Shown here: one piece after another, positions 37,375 to 44,649 of the stretch | Layout: every line of letters starts with the position of its first letter | Numbering within the stretch: position 1 is the stretch's first letter | Source of the DNA: an uncultured Synergistaceae bacterium | GTDB taxonomy: Bacteria; Synergistota; Synergistia; Synergistales; 79-D21 | Length of the DNA: 64,000 nucleotides | Reading direction: 5' to 3' | Assembly (NCBI GenBank): GCA_964425765.1 | Contig: CAYRNZ010000001.1 | Coordinates: 19,082-83,081 of the forward strand | Translations under genes and position numbers: made by a program | The notes under the pieces: model-generated | The model's input: only the letters and a program-made list of their open reading frames with translations | What the model was told of the DNA's origin: nothing | Database searches by the model: none

Positions 37375-37932
37375 CTACTTCATTCCGAGGAACGACTTGA
37401 TGGTCTCGAAGTTCACGAAGTCGGCCTTGTTGACGACGACGCCCTCGGGGCTCCGCAGGGTGCCGTCTCCCTCGTGGGCGTGGTTGGCGATGATGTGGCC
37501 GATGTCGCTCGAAACGCCGTTGCGCAGGGCCAGTACCGTTCCGGAGAAGGGATGGCGGAGGTCCTTGCCCATCTGGGACTTCACCGTCGCCCCGTCCGGG
37601 GATTTCTCGTACTCGACCAGCTTGCCCACGTCGTGAAGGATGGCGCCGGCCATGAGCTTGTCATGGTTCAACTGGAAGCCGCCCTCGTCCTTGTAGAGGG
37701 CGTTGAACTCCTCGTAGACCCTCTTGCACACGCGGGTGACGCCCCGGGTGTGTGTCAGGTAGGAAGCTGGGCAGTTCGGGATGAGGAGCGTGAAGGGGAT
37801 CTTCGTCATGTCCTCGGGTTCCCAGCCCCCGGTCTTCAGGGCGTCCACGTAGGTGTCGATGACCTGTTCCCGCAGTTTCTGGTCCGTGATCCAGTTGATC
37901 TCAGGCAGCAGTTCCACGATCTTCTCTCTCAT
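37375..37932 (-). CDS. HD-domain metal-dependent phosphohydrolase
   Basis: 185-aa ORF; H…HD motif (AILHDVGKL) and downstream His residues (ANHAHEGDG). Confidence 0.75.
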   Translation of the reverse strand: MREKIVELLPEINWITDQKLREQVIDTYVDALKTGGWEPEDMTKIPFTLLIPNCPASYLTHTRGVTRVCKRVYEEFNALYKDEGGFQLNHDKLMAGAILHDVGKLVEYEKSPDGATVKSQMGKDLRHPFSGTVLALRNGVSSDIGHIIANHAHEGDGTLRSPEGVVVNKADFVNFETIKSFLGMK

Positions 37933-37992
37933 GTTTCTTCCCTCCCGTGACTTGGTTTGTAAAGCCTGTCGCGATGCTCTATCGACGCTTGA

Positions 37993-38694
37993 TCATCCCT
38001 GTTCTTCCAGGGAGATGCTTTCCTGCAGGGTATGGTAGACGCGTTCGATGTGGGTGCCCGCTATTTTCGCCGCCAGTTTCGCGTCGTGGTCGACGATGGC
38101 GGTGTAGAGGCCCGAGTGCTCCTTGAGGAAGGCCTGCTTGTCCGTCAGGCAGCCGTAGATCCGCTCGTGGGTCGCCATGATGAGGTTGAAGGTCATCTTT
38201 GCGATGTTGACGAAGATGAAGTTGTGGGTCGCCTCGGCCAGGGCCAGGTGGAAGTCGAAGTCACACTGCGCGCGGTGTGCCGAGGACTCCAGGTTCTGCT
38301 CCGTGCGGGAAAGGACGCGGCGGATTTTCGTCAGGTCGGCGGGTAGGGCGCGCTTGGCAGCCTCTCCGGCGATGGCGGGATCGATGATTCGCCGGGCTTC
38401 CATGAGCTCGAGCACGGCCGCCCCTTCGAGCGGGATGTTGCGGGATTCACCGCTCTCCGTGACCGGCCTGCGCACGAAACGCCCCTTGCCGGGGACGCTT
38501 TCGATGAGGCCGATCAGCTCGAGCACGCGGAAGGCTTCCCTTAGGGAGCTGCGGCTCACGCCCAGATCTTCCATCATCTGGCGCTCGGGGGGCAGGGGGT
38601 CGCCGGGGCGGAGCTCTCCCCGGGAGATGAGGTCCTTCAGCTCTTCCACGACTTTCTCGTAGATGCGCGTCGGTTTGACTTTCCTGGTTTCCAT
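37993..38694 (-). CDS. GntR-family (FadR/FCD subfamily) transcriptional regulator
   Basis: Start set at ATG 38694 (GGAGG upstream; METRKVKPTRIYEKVVEELKDLI…). Winged HTH (PPERQMMEDLGVSRSSLREAFRVLELIGLIES) and an all-helical FCD-like C-terminal domain. Confidence 0.88.
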   Translation of the reverse strand: METRKVKPTRIYEKVVEELKDLISRGELRPGDPLPPERQMMEDLGVSRSSLREAFRVLELIGLIESVPGKGRFVRRPVTESGESRNIPLEGAAVLELMEARRIIDPAIAGEAAKRALPADLTKIRRVLSRTEQNLESSAHRAQCDFDFHLALAEATHNFIFVNIAKMTFNLIMATHERIYGCLTDKQAFLKEHSGLYTAIVDHDAKLAAKIAGTHIERVYHTLQESISLEEQG

Positions 38695-38726
38695 GGGAAC
38701 CCTCCTAGCGTGGACCACCCAGTGCA

Positions 38727-38755
38727 CTTATATACCTGACCCGTGGAAAGCGCAA
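38727..38755 (-). promoter_or_regulatory. sigma70-like promoter candidate for gntR and possibly the whole operon
   Basis: Minus strand: TTGCGC (38755-38750), 17 nt, TATAAG (38732-38727). Predicted TSS is about 25 nt upstream of ATG 38694, which argues against the ORF-track start at 38727. Confidence 0.4.
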
Positions 38756-38986
38756 GGGGCTTTGGCCTGTCTGAATATTAAGATATTTTGCAGTCAATTC
38801 GGGTAAATGAGGGGGTGTTTCGGCCGTTTTGAGAACAATGGGATGAACCAATAAGGCGGGTAGTCAGGCTACTGTTCAGACCAGTTGTCCGTACATTTTA
38901 CCCCAGGCAGGTCTTGCCGGCAAGGAGAACCTGAAAGCCAGGGGGGGAGTCCCTGTTCGGTCCGGCATCCGTAAAATGGCCCTTGT

Positions 38987-39014
38987 TTGACGGGAACCCC
39001 GAAGGGTATATGAT
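38987..39014 (+). promoter_or_regulatory. sigma70-like promoter candidate for the rhodanese-AMIN operon
   Basis: TTGACG (38987-38992), 16 nt, TATGAT (39009-39014). About 50 nt upstream of TTG start 39065, which follows AAGGGGGA. Confidence 0.45.
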
Positions 39015-39064
39015 AAAAGACTTTTCAATTCAGGGTCCAGGGGAATTCGAAGGGGGACGAGCTT

Positions 39065-40642
39065 TTGAAGTGGAAGAAAACGGCAATACCGATCCTTTTG
39101 TCCTGCTCGATCGGCTTCCTGCCGGCGGTCCAGGCCTGGAACGGCGCGGCGGAGGCCGCGGTCCGGACAGCCGCCAGCGCACCCGCCAAGGGGGCCAAGC
39201 TCCCCGCCGGTTCCACGGGTTACAATGCCTTCTACGTTTCACTGGAATGGCTCAGGCTGAACATGAACGGGGTCGTCCTGCTGGACGCCCGCCCGGCGTC
39301 TCTTTACGCAGGCGGACACATACCGGGAGCCCATAACGCCGAGTGGCAGTCCTTCAGCTCGATGAAGGGAGCCCCGGGCAGCCGGGGATGGGCCACGCTG
39401 CTGGCCCAGAAATCGCTCGCGGCGCGTATCGGAGCGCTCGGGATCGACGGCAGCCGTCCCGTCATCGTCTACGGGGAACCCGGGACATGGGGACAGGACG
39501 GGTTTGTCGCCCTCACCCTGCGCATGGCGGGGGTCCAGGGAGTCCGCATCCTGGACGGCGGCTGGACGGCCTGGCGCTCCGCAGGTTTGCCTGTGACGAA
39601 AGCGGTTCCCAAGCCCAGGCCGGCCAACTTCGCGATCAGGAAATACAGGGACGATCTCAACGCCACCGTGGACCATATCCGGGAAAGGCTTCTTTCGGCA
39701 AAACTGCTGGACGTCCGCACCCTGGAGGAATACAAGGGGGCCCGGTACTTCAGCGAAAAGCGCGGAGGACACCTCCCGGGGGCCATCCTGGTACCCTATA
39801 ACCAGCTAGTGGGCAGGGACGGAATGCTTCTGCCGGAGCCGGACCTCAAGGCCCTGTTCCAGGAGGCGGGCCTGTCGCCCGAGGACGAGATCGTCGTCTA
39901 CGACACCGCAGGGGTCCGCTCTGCCTACGCTGCCTGGGTAATGCTGATGCTGGGCTACACGAACGTGAGGAACTACGACGGTTCGTTCCACGAATGGGCC
40001 GGGATCCCCGAGCTCACGGTGGAAACCGGCGATCCCGGCGAACAGCCGGTCCTCAGCGCAACCAAGCCACAGCCCGTTTCCCCGCCCCCGGCGGCCGCTC
40101 CCGCCCCGAAGCCGGCCCCTCCCGCGGTGCGGTCGGCAGACGCCAAGCCCGCCGGGAAGACCGAGGCCCCGGCCGCGGTCACCCCCGCAACTGTGCAGCC
40201 TGCTGTCCAAAACCCCGCCGGAAGGGTTCCCATCTCCATACCCCCCGTTTCGCCGGACGTGGATTACAAAAGCGTGAAGCCCATCCCCATCGGGGTACCC
40301 AAGGTTTCCCCCAGCGTCACGTCCGCGGACTCCAAGCCCGCGGCGGCTAAAATCCTGGCGATCCGCTGGAACAGGGACGATCACAGGATAAGGATGGTCG
40401 TGGACCTCGACCGCACCCTGGAGCCCCGGATCGTCGTCAACCCGGGGGTCGTCGAGCTGGCTTTCGGTGCGTTCCCGGTCAAGGAGATCGCCGGCATGAC
40501 ATCCCCGTTTGCGAAGGAGGTGTCGTTGACCGCTGCCGAAACGGCGGTCGGCACGACCCTGAAGTTCTCCCACAGACTGAAAAAGGTGCGCCATTTCCGG
40601 CTGGAAAAGCCTGACCGCTACGTGGTGGACTTCGAGTTCTAG
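39065..40642 (+). CDS. exported (possibly lipoprotein) tandem rhodanese-homology protein lacking the catalytic Cys, with Pro/Ala-rich linker and C-terminal AMIN domain
   Basis: 525-aa ORF, TTG start. Signal peptide MKWKKTAIPILLSC (LLSC resembles a lipobox). Two rhodanese-like domains; the second carries IVVYDTAGVRS…YDGSFHEW, where the active-site Cys position is Asp. About 100 aa of P/A-rich linker. C-terminus (ILAIRWNRDDHRIRMVVDLD…RYVVDFEF) matches the AMIN pattern. Confidence 0.8.
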   Translation: MKWKKTAIPILLSCSIGFLPAVQAWNGAAEAAVRTAASAPAKGAKLPAGSTGYNAFYVSLEWLRLNMNGVVLLDARPASLYAGGHIPGAHNAEWQSFSSMKGAPGSRGWATLLAQKSLAARIGALGIDGSRPVIVYGEPGTWGQDGFVALTLRMAGVQGVRILDGGWTAWRSAGLPVTKAVPKPRPANFAIRKYRDDLNATVDHIRERLLSAKLLDVRTLEEYKGARYFSEKRGGHLPGAILVPYNQLVGRDGMLLPEPDLKALFQEAGLSPEDEIVVYDTAGVRSAYAAWVMLMLGYTNVRNYDGSFHEWAGIPELTVETGDPGEQPVLSATKPQPVSPPPAAAPAPKPAPPAVRSADAKPAGKTEAPAAVTPATVQPAVQNPAGRVPISIPPVSPDVDYKSVKPIPIGVPKVSPSVTSADSKPAAAKILAIRWNRDDHRIRMVVDLDRTLEPRIVVNPGVVELAFGAFPVKEIAGMTSPFAKEVSLTAAETAVGTTLKFSHRLKKVRHFRLEKPDRYVVDFEF

Positions 40643-40654
40643 GGGGGCCGGCCG

Positions 40655-42295
40655 ATGAGCTTCCGCGTGACCGAGGAAAGCAACGGGTCCTTCGAAGCGC
40701 AGGGGCCGATGAGCGGCCTGGAGGTCCTGGCAAGGGACGGCCGGACCCAGGGCAACATTGTGGCCTGGCGGGTGAACCGCTACCTCCGGCCTCTCGGCTG
40801 GGTGGTTTCGGAGGACTGCTGCGTCTCTTTCGTGGATACGTCGTGTTTCGAGGGGAAAGAGGTCTACAGGCGAACCCTCACCTTCCTGCTGGTACTGGCC
40901 TGCCGCAAGGCCCTGGGCAGGGAGGTCGTGGTTCGCCACTCTCTCAGCGACGGCTATTACTGCGAGACCCCGGGAGAAGCCCTGTCTTCCTCCCAGGTGG
41001 AGGCCGTGAAGGGTGCGATCGCGGAACTGGTGGCCTTCGACCTGCCGGTCACCAGGGAAGTCCTGTCTTTGGACCGGGCGCGGGTCCTTTTCGAGCGCCA
41101 GGGGAATTTCGACAAGGCGGAACTGTTGAGGTGGATCGGGACAGATCCCGTCGAAACCTACCGGATCGGGGACCGCAACGGTTTCTTCTACGGCCCTCTA
41201 GCCCCGACGACCGGGGCCGTTGGGGTTTTCGACCTGGTTTTCCATGATCCCGGCATGGTGCTCCGGTTTCCCACCGTGGCCTATCCGGCCCAGCTGCCGC
41301 CTTTCCAGCCCCCGGTTCGCCTCTCTGATGTATTCCTGGAATATTCCGGGTGGCTCGACATCCTTGGCGTCAGCACGATGGAAAGCCTTCACAGGGCCGT
41401 GGCTTCCGGGAAGGCCACGGAACTCATCCTGGTCTCCGAGGCCCTCCATGCGCAGAGGCTCAACAGGATAGCCGAAGCCGTCGTCTCCCGGGAGGCATGC
41501 CGCATGGTCTGCATCGCCGGCCCGTCGGGCGCGGGCAAGACCACGACGTCCCACAGGCTCGCCGTCCACCTTGCGGTATGCGGGAAACGTTCGAAGATCC
41601 TGGCCATGGACGATTACTTCCTGGAGCGTAGCAAGACGCCGAAGGACGAGGACGGGAACTACGATTTCGAAGCCGTCGAGGCCCTGGACATGGAGCTTTT
41701 GAACAGGCACATCCGCCTTCTTTTCGAGGGGCGGCCTGTAAGGCTGCCCCGTTTCGACTTCCACGAAGGCACGCGGGAGGAGGGGCCCGAGCTGAGGCTA
41801 CAGGAGGGCGAGATCCTGGTCGTCGAGGGGATCCACGGCCTGAACGACCGGGTGGGGGAGGGCATCCCCGACACCGAGAAGTACCTCCTGTACCTGTCCC
41901 CCCTGACCGGGGTCAACCTGGACCGGCACAACCGCACCAGCACCACGGACAACCGCCTTCTCAGGAGGCTCGTCCGGGATTACCGCACCCGGGGGAAGAA
42001 GCCGGAAAATACCCTTCTCCAATGGCCTTCGGTCATCCGCGGGGCGACCCGGCACATTTTCCCCTACCAGGAAAAAGCCGACGCGATGTTCAACTCCGCC
42101 CTTGTCTTCGAGCTTTCCGTCCTCAAGGGGTATGCGGAACCGCTCTTGAGGAGGATCCGCGAGGAATCGCCCGTTTTCGGCGAAGCGGCTCGGCTGCTGG
42201 ACCTGCTCCGATACGCCCCTTTCATTCCCGCGGACGACGTGCCCAACAACTCGATCCTCCGGGAATTCATCGGGGGCAGCTGCTTCGGGGAATGA
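40655..42295 (+). CDS. ThrRS-N-terminal-like (TGS + SAD-like) domain fused to a PRK/uridine-kinase-type P-loop kinase
   Basis: 546-aa ORF, 12 nt after the previous stop. The N-terminal ~90 aa align by eye with the ThrRS TGS region (…AWRVNRYLRPLG…EGKEVYRRTLTFLLVLACRKAL). Central P-loop IAGPSGAGKTTTSHRL, and a C-terminal half that looks like uridine kinase/phosphoribulokinase. Confidence 0.65.
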   Translation: MSFRVTEESNGSFEAQGPMSGLEVLARDGRTQGNIVAWRVNRYLRPLGWVVSEDCCVSFVDTSCFEGKEVYRRTLTFLLVLACRKALGREVVVRHSLSDGYYCETPGEALSSSQVEAVKGAIAELVAFDLPVTREVLSLDRARVLFERQGNFDKAELLRWIGTDPVETYRIGDRNGFFYGPLAPTTGAVGVFDLVFHDPGMVLRFPTVAYPAQLPPFQPPVRLSDVFLEYSGWLDILGVSTMESLHRAVASGKATELILVSEALHAQRLNRIAEAVVSREACRMVCIAGPSGAGKTTTSHRLAVHLAVCGKRSKILAMDDYFLERSKTPKDEDGNYDFEAVEALDMELLNRHIRLLFEGRPVRLPRFDFHEGTREEGPELRLQEGEILVVEGIHGLNDRVGEGIPDTEKYLLYLSPLTGVNLDRHNRTSTTDNRLLRRLVRDYRTRGKKPENTLLQWPSVIRGATRHIFPYQEKADAMFNSALVFELSVLKGYAEPLLRRIREESPVFGEAARLLDLLRYAPFIPADDVPNNSILREFIGGSCFGE

Positions 42296-42320
42296 ACCTC
42301 GGAAAACCCAGGGACGAAAA

Positions 42321-42356
42321 AAAGGCGGGGAGCCTTCTGGGGGGCTCCCCGCCTTT
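42321..42356. terminator. bidirectional rho-independent terminator
   Basis: aaaaaaa-AAAGGCGGGGAGCC-ttctgggg-GGCTCCCCGCCTTT-ctta. A 14-bp perfect stem between the convergent kinase (+) and small Cys/His protein (-) genes. Confidence 0.8.
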
Positions 42357-42376
42357 CTTATCGAGGTTTTTCGGTT

Positions 42377-42559
42377 TTAGAGGGCTACCGGCCTGCAGAG
42401 GTTCTTCGCTTCCTTCGCCACCCTGCCGCAGTTCGCGCAGACGAACTTCCCGTCCTTGACGAGTTCGACGTACTTCTCGAGTTCCGCTTCCACCATTCCC
42501 ATGTTCTGGTAGTAGCAGAGGTGGTTCTCATGGTCCGGATGCGGCCAACCCAGTTTCAT
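42377..42559 (-). CDS. 60-aa Cys/His-rich small protein, unknown function (putative metal-binding)
   Basis: Start set at ATG 42559 (GGGAGGG 6 nt upstream). MKLGWPHPDHENHLCYYQNMGMVEAELEKYVELVKDGKFVCANCGRVAKEAKNLCRPVAL has 4 Cys (C…CxxC…C) plus a His cluster. Bracketed by a consensus-like promoter and a strong terminator. Confidence 0.65.
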   Translation of the reverse strand: MKLGWPHPDHENHLCYYQNMGMVEAELEKYVELVKDGKFVCANCGRVAKEAKNLCRPVAL

Positions 42560-42595
42560 GGACATCCCTCCCGAGAGGTTTTTTGCTACCCTTTT

Positions 42596-42624
42596 ATTAT
42601 ATTGCCTCGGCAGCCCAAAGCCAA
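42596..42624 (-). promoter_or_regulatory. near-consensus sigma70 promoter for the small Cys/His protein gene
   Basis: Minus strand: TTGGCT (42624-42619), 17 nt, TATAAT (42601-42596). About 37 nt upstream of ATG 42559 and immediately after the DUF2207 stop. Confidence 0.55.
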
Positions 42625-42638
42625 GTTAGAGATTAACC

Positions 42639-44636
42639 TTACCAGCCGCCGCCGCCTCCTCCGCCGCCTCCTCCGCCGGATCCCCCGCCGCCCCCGAAGC
42701 TGCCTCCGCCTCCACGGCCACCGAACCCGGAACGGCTGCCGGGTGCCACGGAAGCGGAAGATATGGCCCCGGAAAGGCTCGAGCCCAGGTTGGAGGCGAA
42801 GGCCCCGGTGTTGAATCCACGAAGGGAGTCTCCCATGTACCACGCCGGGTGGTACCCTCCCCTCCAGGATTCGGGGGCGGTCCCCTCGGCAGCCATGCGG
42901 GCGAACACCTCCGAGAACTGCTCGGACCACTCCTGCTCGACCCCCAGGGCCAGGGCGTAGGGCAGGAACTTCTCGAACAGTTCCGGCGTCCGGTCGGGCG
43001 GGTTCAGCAGGTTCATCCGGTCTTTTTCCGCGATGGAGAGGTACAGCCTGAATCCCTCTATCTCGTCCATGGCCTTACGCCCGGCCGGGGTGCGGGCTTT
43101 CAGGATCCGGGCGAAGAAGACGTTGGACAGCACGAGCAGGACAACGGCGGCCAGTACGGTCCAGGAAACGATGCCGGCCAGTCCCTTGCCCATGACCGCA
43201 AGGGCCGACCCCACGGGAACCAGGAGGGCCAGCATGATGACGAGGCTAAACAGGGACCGGACCTTTTTCGGGCCATTCCTGACGGCCGCTGCCTGCCTGG
43301 CGATCCCCGTGACGAAGGCCGTGGCGAAGAGGGTCAGCATGGGGAAGACGAAAGCCGAGGCGATGTTGAAAGGCAGGTTCGACGCAGACGGGTCCAACAG
43401 GACTCCCATGGCGAGGCTCAGGGCCGTGAGCGTTACGCCGACGACAAAGAACCCCGTGTTCTTCACGAAGGTTTTCTTGTAATACCGGTTTCGCAGCAGG
43501 TCCTTCAGCGCGGACACGGCCGCCCCGATCACGCCGTGGTTGGAGTTGTCGAGGGCCAGCGTCGGCAGAAGTCCCACGAGCGGCTGGGCCGTCACCCGTT
43601 CCTCGGAGTCCAGGGCATTGAAATCGGGCCGGGGCCCCCGCCGGAGGAAGTACTTGTCGCCGTCCTGTTCGATGGTGACGACTCCCTTTACTGCCGCGTT
43701 CAGGAGGGTAGCCGTGAAGCACTTGTCGTCGTAAGCCATCTTGTAGACGTAGCGGACCCCTCCCGGCGTGTAACCCTCGGGGGGGGAAAAGCGCGGGATG
43801 ATCGTTCCGGGCCGCGGATCTCTGCCGAAACGGGCCCAGACCAGGAAGTAGTAAAGGAAGATCACCGCCGCACCCAGGAAAAGGGCCACTTTTCCCGCGT
43901 TGTCCTTCAGTTTCCAGGCCAGCCGGGTTGCGGCGGAAGGTTCGGGGACGATGCCTTTCGGCCATCCCGCCACGATGGAAAAACCCTCCCCGGGGTAAAG
44001 GGTCCGGGTGGTCTCGAAACGCGGGGTACCGTCGGGTTCCTTGCCTATGGTGAAGTCGCTGCCCTTTTCCCCGAACCTGCCGGTGTAGGCCTCGGTCATC
44101 GTGATGCGGGATCCCCCGCCCGCGACCGGCAGCGTGACGACGCACCAGGCCGCGTCTATCGGAAACCCCCACCCGTTGCCGGTGACGTTCCAGTAGAGCT
44201 CGTCGTGGTCCTGGAAAAACCCAAGCTGCCTGCCGGTGCGGTAAACGAGGGTATAGGTGTGGATCCCCGGCCTTACGTAGCTTCCCGGGTCCCCGATGTA
44301 CACGCGCTTGCCGTTGGACATGCCCTTGACGGTGAAGGGCTCCGGCCTGCCGTCGAGCAGGGTGGAGAGGACCTCGAACGGCACCGTCACCGTATTGCCT
44401 TTTTCGTCCTTGTAAGCCGTCGGGAAATCGCGGTAAATCCCCCTGCGGATGGCCTGTCCCTCCGCCCTCACGCGGATCGTCTCGGTGACCTCCAGCGAGG
44501 TGTCGGCTTTCACGGTGACGAGGCTGCCGTATTCCAGGATGCGCTCGTCGGCCGAGGACGGCGGGGCAAGCCAACCCAGGACCGCCAGGCAGCAGAGGCC
44601 CAGTAAGAGCCGGGAGAGGAAGAGGCGGGTTCTCAT
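42639..44636 (-). CDS. DUF2207-family membrane protein with C-terminal poly-Gly tail
   Basis: 665-aa ORF. Signal/TM, then an N-terminal domain with the pattern I recall for DUF2207 (ERILEYGSLVTVKADTSLEVTETIRVRAEGQAIRRGIYRDFPTAY), several TM helices, and a C-terminal GFGGRGGGGSFGGGGGSGGGGGGGGGGGW tail. Confidence 0.8.
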   Translation of the reverse strand: MRTRLFLSRLLLGLCCLAVLGWLAPPSSADERILEYGSLVTVKADTSLEVTETIRVRAEGQAIRRGIYRDFPTAYKDEKGNTVTVPFEVLSTLLDGRPEPFTVKGMSNGKRVYIGDPGSYVRPGIHTYTLVYRTGRQLGFFQDHDELYWNVTGNGWGFPIDAAWCVVTLPVAGGGSRITMTEAYTGRFGEKGSDFTIGKEPDGTPRFETTRTLYPGEGFSIVAGWPKGIVPEPSAATRLAWKLKDNAGKVALFLGAAVIFLYYFLVWARFGRDPRPGTIIPRFSPPEGYTPGGVRYVYKMAYDDKCFTATLLNAAVKGVVTIEQDGDKYFLRRGPRPDFNALDSEERVTAQPLVGLLPTLALDNSNHGVIGAAVSALKDLLRNRYYKKTFVKNTGFFVVGVTLTALSLAMGVLLDPSASNLPFNIASAFVFPMLTLFATAFVTGIARQAAAVRNGPKKVRSLFSLVIMLALLVPVGSALAVMGKGLAGIVSWTVLAAVVLLVLSNVFFARILKARTPAGRKAMDEIEGFRLYLSIAEKDRMNLLNPPDRTPELFEKFLPYALALGVEQEWSEQFSEVFARMAAEGTAPESWRGGYHPAWYMGDSLRGFNTGAFASNLGSSLSGAISSASVAPGSRSGFGGRGGGGSFGGGGGSGGGGGGGGGGGW
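42642..42728 (-). repeat. coding GGN/GCC low-complexity tract (poly-Gly tail of the DUF2207 protein)
   Basis: Plus strand reads ccagccgccgccgcctcctccgccgcctcctccgccggatcccccgccgcccccgaagctgcctccgcctcc…. In frame with the upstream ORF, so it is coding low complexity rather than a non-coding tandem repeat. Confidence 0.85.
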
Positions 44637-44649
44637 GGGGGGATTCCGT

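Noticed and set aside
42639-42730. Tandem GCC/GGN repeat that could be a non-coding microsatellite or a CRISPR-like array.
   Set aside because: It is in frame with, and forms the Gly-rich C-terminal tail of, the 665-aa DUF2207-like ORF. It has no repeat-spacer periodicity, and no cas genes are present in the window.
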